DNA from: Macrostomum lignano
Lineage: Eukaryota
Assembly (NCBI GenBank): GCA_002269645.1
Contig: NIVC01000890.1
Location: forward strand, 248,001-312,000
Direction of reading: 5' to 3'
DNA length: 64,000 bases
In this document: piece after piece, positions 11,940-25,100 of the stretch
Position numbering within the stretch: position 1 is the first letter of the stretch
Layout of the letters: each line of letters starts with the position of its first letter
Notes under the pieces: generated by a model
What the model saw: only the letters and a program-made list of their open reading frames with translations
Told to the model about the DNA's origin: nothing
Databases searched by the model: none
Translations under genes and position numbers: made by a program

Positions 11940-13030
11940 CTTCTCTCCCTTTCTTATCTCTCTTCTACTTATTTTTTTAATTTTATTCTAGGCCTACTTG
12001 CCTCCACTTTTACCTGCTTCAATGTGCTTTTTGCTATCCTTCCAATTAGCTTCTTGCCTCCTTTTCTTTATTCATTTCTATGTATTAGCTTTCCATATTT
12101 GTTATTTAACCATTTCTTCTATTACAACCTACTTACCTTTTTTCTTATTTTGTCTACTTGTTATTTTTTCATTTTTTATTCAATTTCTGCTTTCCCTTTC
12201 CATCTGCTTTCTGCTTTCCTATTCCACCTCCTTTCTGCTTTCCCCTACCACCTGCTTTCTGCTTTCCCCTTCTACCTGCTTTCTGCCTTCCCCTTCCACC
12301 TCCTTTCTGCTTTCCCCTTCCATCTGCTTTCTGCTTTCCCCTTCCTTCTTTCTGCCTTTCCCTTCCACCTGCTTTCTGATTTCCCCTTCCACCTGCTTTC
12401 TGCTTTCCCTTTCCATCTGCTTTCCTCTTCTACCTGCTTTTCTGATTTCCCCTTCTATTTGCTTTCTGGTTTCCCCTTCCACCTGCTTTCTACTTTCTCT
12501 TTCCACCTCCTTTTGCCTTCCCCTTCCACCTCCTTTCTGCTTTCAGCTTTCTGGTTCCCCTTCCATCTGCTTTCTGTTTTCTCTTTTCTATCTGCTTTCT
12601 GGTTTCCCCTTCCAAATTTGTACCTTGTACCTTCCACTCTGCCCTAATCTCTTGCTTCTACTCTGCCCTAATCTCTTGCCTTCCACTCTGCCCTAATCTC
12701 TTGCCTTCCACTCTGCCCTAATCTCTTGCCTTCCACTCTGCCCTAATCTCTTGCCTTCCACTCTGCCCTAATCTCTTGCCTTCCACTCTGCCCTAATCTC
12801 TTGCCTTCCACTCTGCCCTAATCTCTTGCCTTCCACTCTGCCCTAATCTCTTGCCTTCCGCTCTGCCCTAATCTCTTGCCTTCCACTCTGCCCTAATCTC
12901 TTGCCTTCCACTCTGCCCTAATCTCTTGCCTTCCACTCTGCCCTAATCTCTTGCCTTCCGCTCTGCCCTAATCTCTTGCCTTCCACTCTGCCCTAATCTC
13001 TTGCCTTCCACTCTGCCCTAATCTCTTGCT
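11940..13030. repeat. CT-rich degenerate repeat grading into a 25-bp minisatellite (CTCTGCCCTAATCTCTTGCCTTCCA)n at ~12630-13030
   Basis: Directly visible; ~15 copies of the 25-mer. Confidence 0.92.
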
Positions 13031-13684
13031 TTTTACCTGCACTGCTAACATTCCCTTCCAACCTTTACATTCTTTCCCTTCACCCTTGTCTTTTTCGATA
13101 GTAGGAGTATGTGGCTATAATCATTTATCTTTCATTTCCCTCACAACTTCTTTCTCTCTGCTTGCTTCTCTTACGTTTTTCTGTTATTAATCAATCATCA
13201 CCTTCCTCATTAAAAATTCCCTATATAATTATTTTATTTAATTAATTAATTATTTTCCTATATTGACATGCAGTCAATTTTATGGTTGTACAGCAAAGAT
13301 TTATGATCAAATGAGTCATGACACGTTAGTAGATGACTTCATTTGATAAATTTAATGAACCCTGACGATGTCTATTGTAGACAAAATGCATCAGCATTAA
13401 AGAACCTAATACAGTCATGCCAAGTTGTGAGGGCAGTTGTCTACAAGCAGAACATTGAACCCTAGATGTCCATTGTCTATGAACATTGAATGATGGAGAT
13501 TTTCTTTCCATCTGCAAGCTACGAGTAGAATAGCTAGAAGAGACTTAAAAGTGTTGCTTTGATTGTTGTCTGTATAATATTTTTAGGAGCATAGTGACAG
13601 GATATATCCCACCACTTCAGCCAGATATAAATTTCATTTATAAATAAACAGAAATACAAATTTAAGTATCTCACTAACAATTTG

Positions 13685-13990
13685 ACCTTCTCCATTTTAC
13701 TATCTAATGCCTTGTTGTACACAAGCGATGCATTTTTAATCTAATCAATGCCTTGTTATATAAAGTACAAGCCATGCATTTTACTATCTAATGCCTTATT
13801 GTACACAAGTGATACATTTTAATCTAATCAATGCCTTGTTGTATACAAGCAATGCATTTTTAATCTAATCAATGCCTTGCTATATAAAGTACAAGCCATG
13901 CATTTTACCATCTAATGCCTTGTTATATAAAGTAGAAGCCATGAATTTTACCATTAATGCCTTATTGTACACAAGCGATGCATTTTCCTC
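13685..13990. repeat. Imperfect AT-rich tandem repeat (ATCTAATGCCTTGTT...CAAG..ATGCATTTT)
   Basis: About 7 alternating variants of a ~40-45 bp unit. Confidence 0.75.
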
Positions 13991-14068
13991 ATTGGCTTAT
14001 AAACTTCTCAGATTGACTTTCAGATAGTAGTCAATGTAATTCTGTTTACATACAGGCATTACAAATAA

Positions 14069-14230
14069 TATGAGGGGTGTTTCATAAGTAATGAGAATTT
14101 TATAACTTTTGATTGGATGAACATTTGAGCCTGAATTTTTACCAAAAAAATTTACACATGGACAACTAATAGCTTTATTTAAAGCCTTATGTAGCTCTAT
14201 TGTAAATGAAAGTCTATACCTTGAGATTGA
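14069..14230. mobile_element. Possible Tc1/mariner terminal remnant
   Basis: TA followed by TGAGGGGTGTTTCATAAGT resembles recalled mariner TIR starts (TA|CGAGGGG.GTT..A.AAGT). No partner TIR was found. Confidence 0.3.
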
Positions 14231-14580
14231 AAATTACATTTTTTGTCTATGGCAAAAAGACTTTAAAAAGTTTAGAACTGAAGGCTTTTAAACTTCTGCT
14301 GCTAAATTTGGCTACTTCTCATAAGGCCCCACTCATGGACTTTTATACTTAGCATCTGGACTAGAAGCAAAAAAATTCGCGCAAAAAAATTACCACATGA
14401 GGCCAATTGTTTCCATAGATATGCATTTATCAAAAACTGCTGCAGCTTATATCGAATACAACTAAACTCACTTTCTTCATTTGACTCTGCATAATGAAAG
14501 CATATCCTTCGTTATGGTGAATAAGTGTTTGGCATTCAGCTGCATTCTCTTAGTTTTCTTAGCTATCACTGACCAATATA

Positions 14581-15204
14581 GACAATGCTATTAAGTCAAT
14601 CTGGGCCAAGGATCAGCACATAAAGGAACTGGCGTTAGAGTTTGCAAGCAAGATGGAGATGAACATCTAGCCATTAAGATCAGACTGCACTGTTGTCTAC
14701 TATGTAAGTGGAGCAGTTGCTAAGAAATTTGTGCAAAGGAAGCGAGGATGCGCATCTTGCAGCAAACTTCTGCTCGACTCTGACAACCTACTGCCCTTTG
14801 AGAGTGATGAAGAAATCCAGACCACAGCAATTGCCTTCTTGAAGGAGATCAATTGGGGTGGCCTGTCCAAGCTGTCGATGGTTGCCTTTAGGCTGGCCAC
14901 ACACTGCTGGCAGGTGTTTGAAGAGATTCGGCAGAGCAATGAACTGCGCAGAAGGCTGCTGACCGCGCCCAACCAGATGCAACTGTTCTGTCATATTGTT
15001 GACAAGATAATGGTGGACAGCATTTACCTGGAACATTTCATGGGTCAGATGATGTGCACAGCTGACCATGATGTAAAAGAGGGAATTATTTGTGCATTTT
15101 TCAACAGCATGATAAAGAATTTGATCAAAGATATTTCAGTTGGTGGAGCTGGAGCCAGAAGTAAGCGAAAATTGGCTAAACTTTCCAGTGGCAGTTTATA
15201 CTAA
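14581..15204 (+). pseudogene. P-element/THAP9-type transposase C-terminal fragment
   Basis: One frame reads DNAIKSIW...MNI*PLRSDCTVVYYVSGAVAKK..RGCASC...INWGGLSK....C..DH......AFF..MIK...RKL.KL. This fits the recalled YIAG.VA.K / CxxC / RGGL..PS / C..H / RKL pattern of the P-transposase C-terminus. One in-frame TAG. A CATAGTC-type terminus (reverse complement) ends at ~15699. Confidence 0.65.
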
Positions 15205-17099
15205 CAACTTTGATTTGTGTCAATGATGCTTTTCAATCTGTCTGACACACCACTGACCTGCTTTTGTGTCACATCTAAGCTGTTCAGTCCTTTGTTAATA
15301 CTGCCTACTCTCGTTTCTTACCAACTTGTTCAAGTACATATGCACACATGCATCTTTTTCTCTGCACACTGCTAATATATATAACAACATGTATATAATT
15401 TGTTCCCAATCACAAGTAGTCCTGCCTGAATATAAAATTAATCAGTTTGAATTTGCGTCGTTGCCTCGCGATAAAAAATTAAATACATTTCTGATGGCCT
15501 CATGTGGTAACGCGAATTTTTTAGCTTTCAGTCTAGATGCTAAGTATAGAAGTCCATGCCCCACTCTTTCTGTTTTCTATGGGCAATGTTGCCTAGGAAT
15601 AATTTTGCTGTTTTGAGCTGCATAGCACTGCAATTTCAAACTGATATGGCCACAGAATATTCTGTGAAAATGGCTCATTTTTTTCCAACTGAGACTATGG
15701 AATGTCCAAAAAAGTTGTTGTTTTTTGGAGGGAATCAACAAACTATAAAACTACTTTAAATTTCAACATTAAAATAGCTTATTTGTTGTGTAGGAAAATT
15801 CTGCATTGATATATGTGTTGCATTTGAGTTGGCAGCCATCTATGAGGAGATAAACATTAAACCCTGACTACCAGTTGATCGATCCACTAAGCCTTAGATA
15901 TAGCCTATTTGAAATCAAAGTAAACAAGGGTTCTCCCAAATCATGTAACTTGGGTTTATTAATATTTTTTTATTTGAATTTATGGTTTCTAATGGGCAAA
16001 ATAATTGTGTCAATAGGACATATAATCAACTTTATACTAGTATGTATTACTAACTTCTTAGAGCACTTGCTTGGTGCTCTAAGATTTAATGTATGTTAAA
16101 TCATCAATATGCTAATTAATAGTATATTAGACAGCATTAATTTGCATGCCAAAATTGTTAAGATGAGAACCATGGGCATGGTCTATGACATCTATGTGTC
16201 ATCTACAGCTAAGATATGAGAACAGTTGGCTATTGGCTTTGGGGTGGAAACTCTAACATGTTGTTGAGTGTATTTTATGGTAAATAGCTAATTTAAAAAA
16301 AAACATAAATTTATTTTTACCACAAAAATGCTTAAAATATTAGGCCAATAACATAATAATAAACCTAATATTGCAATAAAAATTCCAAAACATGAATACA
16401 AATTAGTCCAATAAACTGCCTTGCTTTAGTTTCCTTTACTTTGAGATATTTGAGTCATAGAATTATATATAAATAAATATAAAATTGGCATAAGCCAATA
16501 AGCCTATAGTTTGCCAATAAAGTATATTGGCATAGGCCTACTTTATTTAGTATAAGCCTAACTATAAAATGGCAAACTATAGAAACTAAAAAACTAGTTC
16601 CTAGTTATAAAATATAAAGAACTTATACATTTTTATAACTAAGCCTAATTATATTTTTTAACTTAGGCTAGGCCCGATTACCTTTATTGAAAAAGCTAAA
16701 TTCTATAGTTAGGCTAGGCTATGCCTATGTCTGGCTATGTATACATTATCATTTATCAAATAGGGCCTATAGACCATAGACTAAGTCTAGAGTTGAGAGT
16801 TTCTTTAGCAAGACATATATAATATGGCTCTATCTTAATGGATAAGTATTGAAATGAGAAAAAAAATTTAATAAAACAAATATCGGCCTAGTGGGAAATT
16901 GTTTATTAGGACTATAAGATAATACTAATAGAAGGGTGCTTACACATTTTCAGAAAGTAAAATAAAGGAGACTATTTGACTAATCCCAAAATAAAGGAGA
17001 TTTAATTTGGTAATGTAACAATGACAGGCAGGCAATGTCTGTCTAAGGCCTATATAGGCAAATTCTGGCCTCTTGCCTCTGATTCTATGTCCTTTGGGT

Positions 17100-17660
17100 C
17101 CTTTGAAACTTCTATCTTTTTTTGTCTCCTCTCTTCTCTCTCCTCTCTTCTGATCTCTCTTTTCATCTCTTATCTATTCTTCCCATTCTCCTGTCTTCTT
17201 TTCTTTCTCATCTCTCTCATCTTGATTCTATTTTTCTACTCTTTCCTGTATCCTCTCTGGGCTCTCTTATCTTTTTCCTCTTCTTTTTTCTTTCCTTTAT
17301 TATTCCTCTCTTCTTTCTTTTCTTAACTTTCTCCCCTATTATCTCTTCTCTTTAATCTTCCTTCTATTACTCTCATCTGTTCTTTGCTCACTCATCTTTA
17401 CTCTAATCTTTCTCCTCTCTCTTTTCTTTTCTTTTATCTTTTTTCTCTCTTTTATCTCATCTCTCCTTTTTCTCTTTTTGTCTTTTTTATTGGCCTCTTT
17501 TCCCTCTTTTGCCCCTATACTTCTCTTCCCTCCTCTCTACCCTCTCTTTACCCTCCTATCTAGGGGCCTACTCATATTTTATCTATTCTCTTATCCCTTC
17601 TCTCACCTTTCTTTTCTCTTTATTGTCTTTTTATTCTTCTTTTCACTTTTATCTGCCCCT
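17100..17660. repeat. CT-rich low-complexity tract
   Basis: Pyrimidine-rich; the ORFs called here are artefacts. Confidence 0.85.
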
Positions 17661-19295
17661 GCAACCATTAGGCCCTAGCTGAAATCTTTATCTGGCCTTT
17701 GAGGTAGGCCTAAAAATCTGCCAATCCCTGCTTCAAAAGCCAGTTGTCTTCTCATGTACTCTCCCAGTTATACTCTTAAGGGATGTAGTACTCTCATGGT
17801 TGTTTCATTTTGTGGCCTATTTGTTGATTGCTTTGATCACATCATCTTTCTAGCCAATTTGCAGTCTTGAAAACTTGTATATTTGTTGCTCTACAGTTCT
17901 ACATATTTGATATTGTGGCTAACCTAGGGTTGCTGCTCTAAAGTTTGTTCAAATATTAACTAATCATATTATACCAGTGCCTATAAAATGTCTCTATAAT
18001 ACCTTAATAATTCATTTGCTAGTGCCTATGATAGAATGTCTGTTCTATAATTATACCTTAATAGATCATTGTAACTTTGCTGATCCTATTATATATGCAA
18101 AAATTGCTTAAACTACAGTAAAACTGAATTTGCGCGAAAACTAGCCTAAGAAACACTATTCTAATTTGTATTAAATAGCAAATTAAATAAACAGTAAATC
18201 ATTTTTGTTATAACTTAGCCTTCCCAAATCCTATATATATAAGTGATTTTTGCCCAAATAAAAGTAACCTTTTCTTGCTCTCGAAATATTAGTGCACTAT
18301 AACATTGGTTCATTCTATATTCTCAGATAAACTTTAAAATCTTATTGAGTTAGGCCTAGTTATTTTAAAGAAAGAGAGAGCAACAGTGTTTAGAAAATTG
18401 CTAAGAGAAGGGATTGGGAGATATACAAAGGAAATTCAGAGAGTTGTGCTGTGACCCTCTAATCCCGGTGAATGCCCGACTAGGACAATCTAATAAATTC
18501 ATGTACCAGTACTAGACTGCTCAAGACGCTACCAGACTTATACATAAGACGCTACCAGACTAATACATAAAATGCTACCAGTATATTCAAATGAAATCCT
18601 AAGAAACAGTTAAGGAGTAAAAAAATAGAAGTGCAATTAGGATAAACTTTAGGCCTAGTTAGCAGACAGGAACACCCCTACAACAACTTTGGTGGCAGCT
18701 TGTAGGCCCCTAGGATATTAAATAGACACTAGGCCTAGGATCAATATTTAGGAATTTAGAAATACAGAGCCAAAAGGCCTGTCACAATATACAAACCTTT
18801 CTTGAGACTTACAAACTATTCTTCTACATAACTTTGCCTAGGAAAATAATACAAGTCAATGGAATCCATAGTCAGGAAGGTGGCCTCTGAGGGGGAAATT
18901 CCCGCGCACACAAAGGGTCTCGGCGCACATTGGCGCACAAGCGCGGCGCACACAAGGGGTCCTTGGCGCACTTGACGCACAATCATGGCGCACACTGAGG
19001 TCCCTAGCGCATGCGGCGCATTAAGTCCCTGACATGCATGAAAATTGTAATGCAAATTAACAATTTTACGTAAAATAAAGGAGATTGTATAGTCTAGAAA
19101 GTCGGTGATAAACTTTTTGCTTGTTTAAAATTAACAGTCAATAAAATTAGTCTAAATTATTGCTAAAAACGTCAATTTTGCATTACTATATTTGTAGGTA
19201 TAATTTAAGTTTGTTTAAAATGAAAATATGCGTAACATTTTAAAAAGGCTTTTCGTACGAAGGCCTTTCTTAGAAAACTCTACTCGTGAAGAGTG

Positions 19296-20017
19296 GGTTC
19301 CTAGGGCCTTTTCATATTACCAATTCCAGAACAAGAATCGGTTCGGAATTCCAAGAAAAACAGCAGTAAAAGTATTAAACTCTGTTAATATTTCACTGCC
19401 TTAACAACCTAACTTAGCACAATTTTTCACTTTCTTCTTGGCGATTGTCATTCAATAATAAAAACTTTATAGCACACTATCTCCCTCTAGTTATAAGTTA
19501 TGGAGACAAAAAGTTATACTTCACAAATTGGTTCTGGTTCTGGAACCAGAGCAAGCAATATGAAAAGGCCCCTAGTCACTTCGTCATCTGCCATTTTGTC
19601 ATCTGGGGTGTCTGGGGTGCCCACCTCGACTAGGGTCACTTCGTCATCTTGATTTGCATGCACTACCTCAACTTGCTCAAGAGAGTCATTTCGTCATCCA
19701 CCAGTTCCAACTTCCAAGTGAATAATGTGGCAATTAAACATATTTACATGGAATCCTAATCATCCCAGTCATTTTGACATCTCGATTGATAAAACCTGTC
19801 GATCGATTGGTTCTGCTTGCTGCAGCTTATAGCTAATAAAGACAAAAATAGTTTACACTAACTCGAATCTCACACAGATTGATTGGTTTGATGACAAAGT
19901 ATTCAGCATAACTAAATATTTGGTCACTTTGTCATATTTTTTTTCAAAGCTACTTTGCTTCTGGTCACTTCGTTATCCGATATGACGAAATGGAATATGA
20001 CGATCTAACCAGTGACC
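19296..20017. mobile_element. Mutator-like MITE nested in the P-like MITE; same family as 38592-39045 in the opposite orientation
   Basis: After removing the Harbinger insert it aligns over ~450 bp with the reverse complement of 38592-39045. GGT...ACC ends; AGAGTGG on both flanks (degenerate TSD). Confidence 0.75.
19304..19571. mobile_element. PIF/Harbinger-type MITE nested in the Mutator-like MITE
   Basis: Perfect 15-bp TIR GGGCCTTTTCATATT / AATATGAAAAGGCCC; 3-bp TSD CTA at 19301-19303 and 19572-19574. Confidence 0.85.
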
Positions 20018-20603
20018 AGAGTGGCGCATAGACGGCGCACAGACAGCGCACAAATGGCGCATAGATGGCACATAGACGGCGCACAAATCGTCCCAAAAAA
20101 ATTATTCCGGAGCAGACTGTGCCACTTTCCTGACTATGAAATGGAATACTTTTCTAAAAAAATGATTATTTAAAAGGACCCGGCCCTAAAATAACAATAC
20201 ATTAAAGTACAAGGTGCTAAAAATCCTAGTAGCTAAAGTGGCTAAAATAAAGGAGCGACTCCCAAAAATTTTCTATATAAAGGAGATAAAGAGGGGGTTT
20301 TCTAAATAAAGGAAAATAAAAAAGATAAAGGAAGGCGCGGGCACCCTGTAATAGGCCCTAGAATACTAAGTTAAGGTTAGTGCCAAATTGTAATATTGTA
20401 AAATCTGGTCAAAATAAAAATTTAATTTTGCTCCATTTTTGTTTGGATGCTTCTTGAGGCTTTTTATGGGTGTGTTCGAGTGGCTTAAAATAACTTAAAG
20501 GACTTAAAATGACTTCCAGAACTAGAACCAAGTTGTGAAGTATAACTTAGTTTTTGTCTCCATAACTAGAGGGAGAAATTGGAATTGGTAAGATTGGTAA
20601 GAT

Positions 20604-21135
20604 GGAATTGGTAATATGAAAAGCCTCCAATTCCAGAATCAGAATCAGTTCAATTCTTCCAAGAAAAACAACGGTATAACTATTTAATTCTGTTGAATGT
20701 TTGACTGCCTTAACAACCTCACTTAGCACAATTTTTCACTTTCTTCTTGGCAATTGTCATTCAATAATAAAAACTTTATAGCGCGTATTTCCCTTTAGTT
20801 ATGGAGACAAAAAGTTGTACTTCACAAATTGGTTCTGGTTCTGGAACCAAAACAAGCAATATGAAAAGGCCCATTGAGCCTCTTCATGGCAATCAATTCC
20901 AGAACCAGAATCAGTTCGGATTTCCAAGAAAAAAAGCAGTATAACTATTTAACTTTGTTGAATGTTTGACTGCCTTAACAGCCTTACTTTGCACAATTTT
21001 TCACTTTCTTCTTGGCTTTGGCCATTCAATAATCACAATTTTAAAGCACTAACATCCCTCTAGTTTAGGAGACAAAAAGTTATACTTTACAAAATGGTTC
21101 TGGTTTTAGAACTAGAACAAACAATATGAGAGCCT
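20604..21135. mobile_element. Two further degenerate tandem copies of the Harbinger-type MITE
   Basis: ~20625-20873 and ~20890-21135 are roughly 80-85% similar to 19304-19571; left TIRs are missing or rearranged. Confidence 0.75.
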
Positions 21136-22176
21136 TGTTGACATAGACCTGTAAGGCATGTAATGCATGCAGCTCTGCACTGGCTAGATTCGTGTATAGA
21201 TTGGCCTAACAAGTAGAACACGGTTGGGGCATTCTCAAATTGTTCATTAAACTATTGATATTTTTTCAATGTTTTGCATTTTCTCTACTTTAGAAGCTGA
21301 TTTTAGCATGTTTGGACATTCCCCAAGCTATTAAAACAGTATAATTAAGCACTCTAGACTAAGTGGGGCAAAAAAGAAGTGAAGGGCCTAGGCCACTAGT
21401 TAAACTTGTATTTATACTAGGCCCCTAACATAGCAAACAGGTTAGCTAAAATATCTATGGTAAATTAATGGCTGGGATTGTCTGTGGGTAAGAGCATAGT
21501 AGATGAAGGGAGTTGGCTTAGGCCTACTTAAAAGTACGAGGCTGAATTGTAAAACAAAATTACAAATCAAGCATGTGTTGTCTGATATGGCACTACTGCT
21601 TGTTGGGAGTGTCTATAGTCCAAAAGGATAAGTTGGTTAGAAGGAGAGGAAGTCTGAGCACTCAGACTTATGTTTTTGCTGCTATGTTTTTCTTGCTAAG
21701 ACTATTAACCAACCATTAAGTCTAGCTATAACACCATGCCAAGAGGCTGCCCTCAAATTGTTAGGAATCGTTACGAATTGCTAAAGACAGAAAAAAGTCA
21801 AAAGTGCTTTAAAAAACAAAGTTGTTTTAATATTTTAATAGCTTAGTTAGGGAATACCAAAATGTGCTAAAATCAGCTTCTAAAGTAAAGTCAAATTCTT
21901 TGATTTGAAAAAAAGTGCTTATATGTGCTTGCTTTATAAAGATATAATTTTTGTCAAAGTTAAGTAGCAATAGGCCTACCCAAGTAGAAAGGGTCCCTGG
22001 ACAATATTTTGGTGACAAGACGTTTTGGTGACAGCCTTGACTTTTTGGTGACAATTTAGGACATTTATATGAAAAATTTAAACAATTTAATGACATGTTT
22101 TAAAAAATGTAAGTTAATTTTGTCTGTAAGATAATCTAAATATACTAAATCTCTAAGGTTTGTATGCTTTTAATAT

Positions 22177-25100
22177 AGAAAAATAAGTTTTTTTATTTGG
22201 GATTGTCATTGGTTGCTGTTGTTAGCTGACACCAGAAAATGGGCAGTCCTTAACCTTTGAATTGCCGCCTATGTCATCTTGGAACTCGTAAAGCTGGAAA
22301 ATTGCACAAATTAATGCGCTGATTCTTTTCCTTGATACTCCGTCTACCAGGGTCCTCAATTCTGACGGGAGGGTTGTCGTGACCAGATCCAAGGAGGTGC
22401 TGTACTTCTCCAGAAACTCGAAGCCCAGGATGTTGTCATGAGATCCCTTAGCTAGCAGAAACTTGACTATAGGCTCAAAACTTCCAATTTTAACTTTGAT
22501 TGTTAGTTGGCCTGCCATTTGAATAGGTTCTCCATTGTAGGTCACAATGCATTGCAGACAGGGCTCAATTTGGCCATGCAGGGTTGGGTCATCAGTACAT
22601 AGCCGATGCTAGGTGCTGAATCCTAGGACTTTGCACTTGGAGCTAGGGGGCGACCGGGACGGCCAAAGTCGGGCCCGGGTCGGGCCCGGGAATGAGGACT
22701 CGGGCCCGGGTCGGGCCTCGGGAATTCGGGACAAGATCTTTAGGACAGCTCAATAATTGGAAAAAAATCATAATAAATCTTAATACTTTTAGCATATGCG
22801 GATTACTATTAAATATATAATAAATATATCAATATATTAAATTTAATATAATATATTAAATGTATAATAAATATATGATAAACATTAAATATATTATAAT
22901 ATATAAATATATTAAATATATAATAATATATAAATATAATAAATATAATATATTATATTAAATATAATAAATATTTAAATTTAAATATAATAAATATACA
23001 ATAAATATTATTATTATTTAATACATTAGTTAAGACTTCAGAATAAGATAAGAGTTACATTAAAAGACTTAATACTCAAATATCAATATACTCAATAGTT
23101 CAAATTCAATGTCACTGTGTGAGTGTGTGGCACAAGTACTGTGTGTGTGCCAGTGACAGTGATACTAACAAGCAGTGAGGTAGGCAAGCAGTCACTGCGG
23201 CAGTGCGGCTGGCACTGGCAGTGGCAGTAAGCAAAAGAAGAAAAGCTGAAGCATTAAGTGTAAGGCACTTGGCATTGGAAGCAGTAAGGAAGTAAGAACC
23301 AAATCAATTGATTGATTCTTTTATTTGAATTTTTAGTTCCTTTACATAGCTTCAATGTAAAGAGCCATGTACACAGTCAGTATTCAGTAAGACAACAAGA
23401 CAAGATAACAGAACAGAACACAAGTGAAGTGACAACACAACACAACACTCAACTGTCTCAACAGAACAGGCAAACAGACAATGGAAATACAAGTAATTAG
23501 CTGATACCTGCCTACCTGCTCACCTACCTACTTAAACGAATATGATTACGAATACGATACTACAAGTCTACGACTACGACTACCTACGATACAAATATGA
23601 ACACGATTACAAACTCTAATAGATAGCAAACTTCTTGGAAAAATGGTAGCCTTCTTGGAATGTAAATAGGAAATGTTATTTACAAAAGCTTAAAAATGAC
23701 AAATAAACTTTTTAAAGAATCATATTTTTGCTTTTAGGCTGCAGCCTGCAGCGTGTAAAGTGGAATCAATATTGCAAAAAAGTATTGCAAAACTATGTTT
23801 TAATTTTATCTTCCTGGAAAAAAATCCAATCTTCCTGGAAAGTGGAAACTGGCTGTGGCTGACGCTCACGGTCACAGACGCTCACGCTAAGAGCCTACTA
23901 CGAATCAATGATATTGCTACTTCACATCATATCATCTAAATATACTAAATCTATTACTATTACTGATGCGATGCTTAACTGAGTGTTGTGCTGTCCTGAT
24001 CCTGAGTCCTGAGTCCTGACCACTGACCTGACATGACGGATGACGAGGAAATGATTATTGATTAGAGTACACTACACTACACTGTATAATTCTAACGAAA
24101 GTGACAGTAATAATTACTCGATACTTATAGCACTAGCCTAGCAGTGATTTTTAGCACTCCGTCTGTAGTCCGTCACTTACGGAGTCACGATCACGACTCA
24201 CGAGTCACTACACAATCACGAGTCACCGTCACGGTCAAAACAAAACTCGCGAATCACGAATCAGTCACAAGTCACGACTCACGCCTCAGACACGACACGA
24301 CTCCACTCCACGAGCCCAGAAAGTTCAAAGTCCAGTCCAGTCCACCCTCGGGCCTCGGCCTCCACTCAACTTCTCTTCTCCACTCCAGGAGTCCAGACGA
24401 AACGAAAGTGATAAAAAAGGAAAAAGTCAAAACTCAGAAGTCAGTAATCTTTTACGATGTCAATTTCAATAAATCGGTATCAGATATGATATCACTATCA
24501 GTCTATCAGTATTACATATATATATATACATATATCTATATTGTATGTATATTGTATGATATGTATCATCAATTTTGAACAGTATGTAATTTTATTGTCG
24601 TACATGTACACTCGAAAATTCGAATCTGACTGTTTAGTTAAGTGAGTGGGTTACTTGACTCAAGCTCGAGTGGGAGTCAGGACTCAGGACAGGAGTCCAG
24701 CTGTCCAAGACTCAGGACGGTGACGGAACGGGAACGGGAGTCGGCATTGGCACTCTGACTTGGCAGCCTGGACCTGGACTGGACATCGGGAATCGGGATG
24801 GGAGCAGCACCAGACATCACCAAACTTCACGGACAGCCGGGGCAGGGCAGACAGGCTTGAGCTTGACTGACACCAGTCACCAGTGACAGTGAGTGACCGA
24901 CAGCTTCATAGAATCACAGACCGCTCACAGTCAGGTCAGGTGAGGTCGAGGTGTGTGTGTATTAACCTACGGCTCGGGTCCCAGCCCGCCGAGGAAGGTC
25001 GACTCCAGGAAGGTGGACGTCTCAATTGGGTTGTTCCAAAGGTCACTAGGGCAGAGCGGCGTCGGATAGACAGGGCAGTCGAATCGTGAGGTCGAGGTGA

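Larger units (their letters stand above)
18866..20139. mobile_element. P-superfamily-like non-autonomous element (MITE)
   Basis: TIR CATAGTCAGGAA(G/A)GTGGC at 18867 and ending 20138; 8-bp direct repeat AATGGAAT at 18858-18865 and 20140-20147; GCGCAC subterminal repeats at both ends. Confidence 0.75.

Noticed and set aside
19304-21135. A second case of local sequence capture (the P-like MITE interior matches 20.6-21.1 kb)
   Set aside because: The shared segment has its own TIR and CTA TSD; it is an independent Harbinger MITE family.
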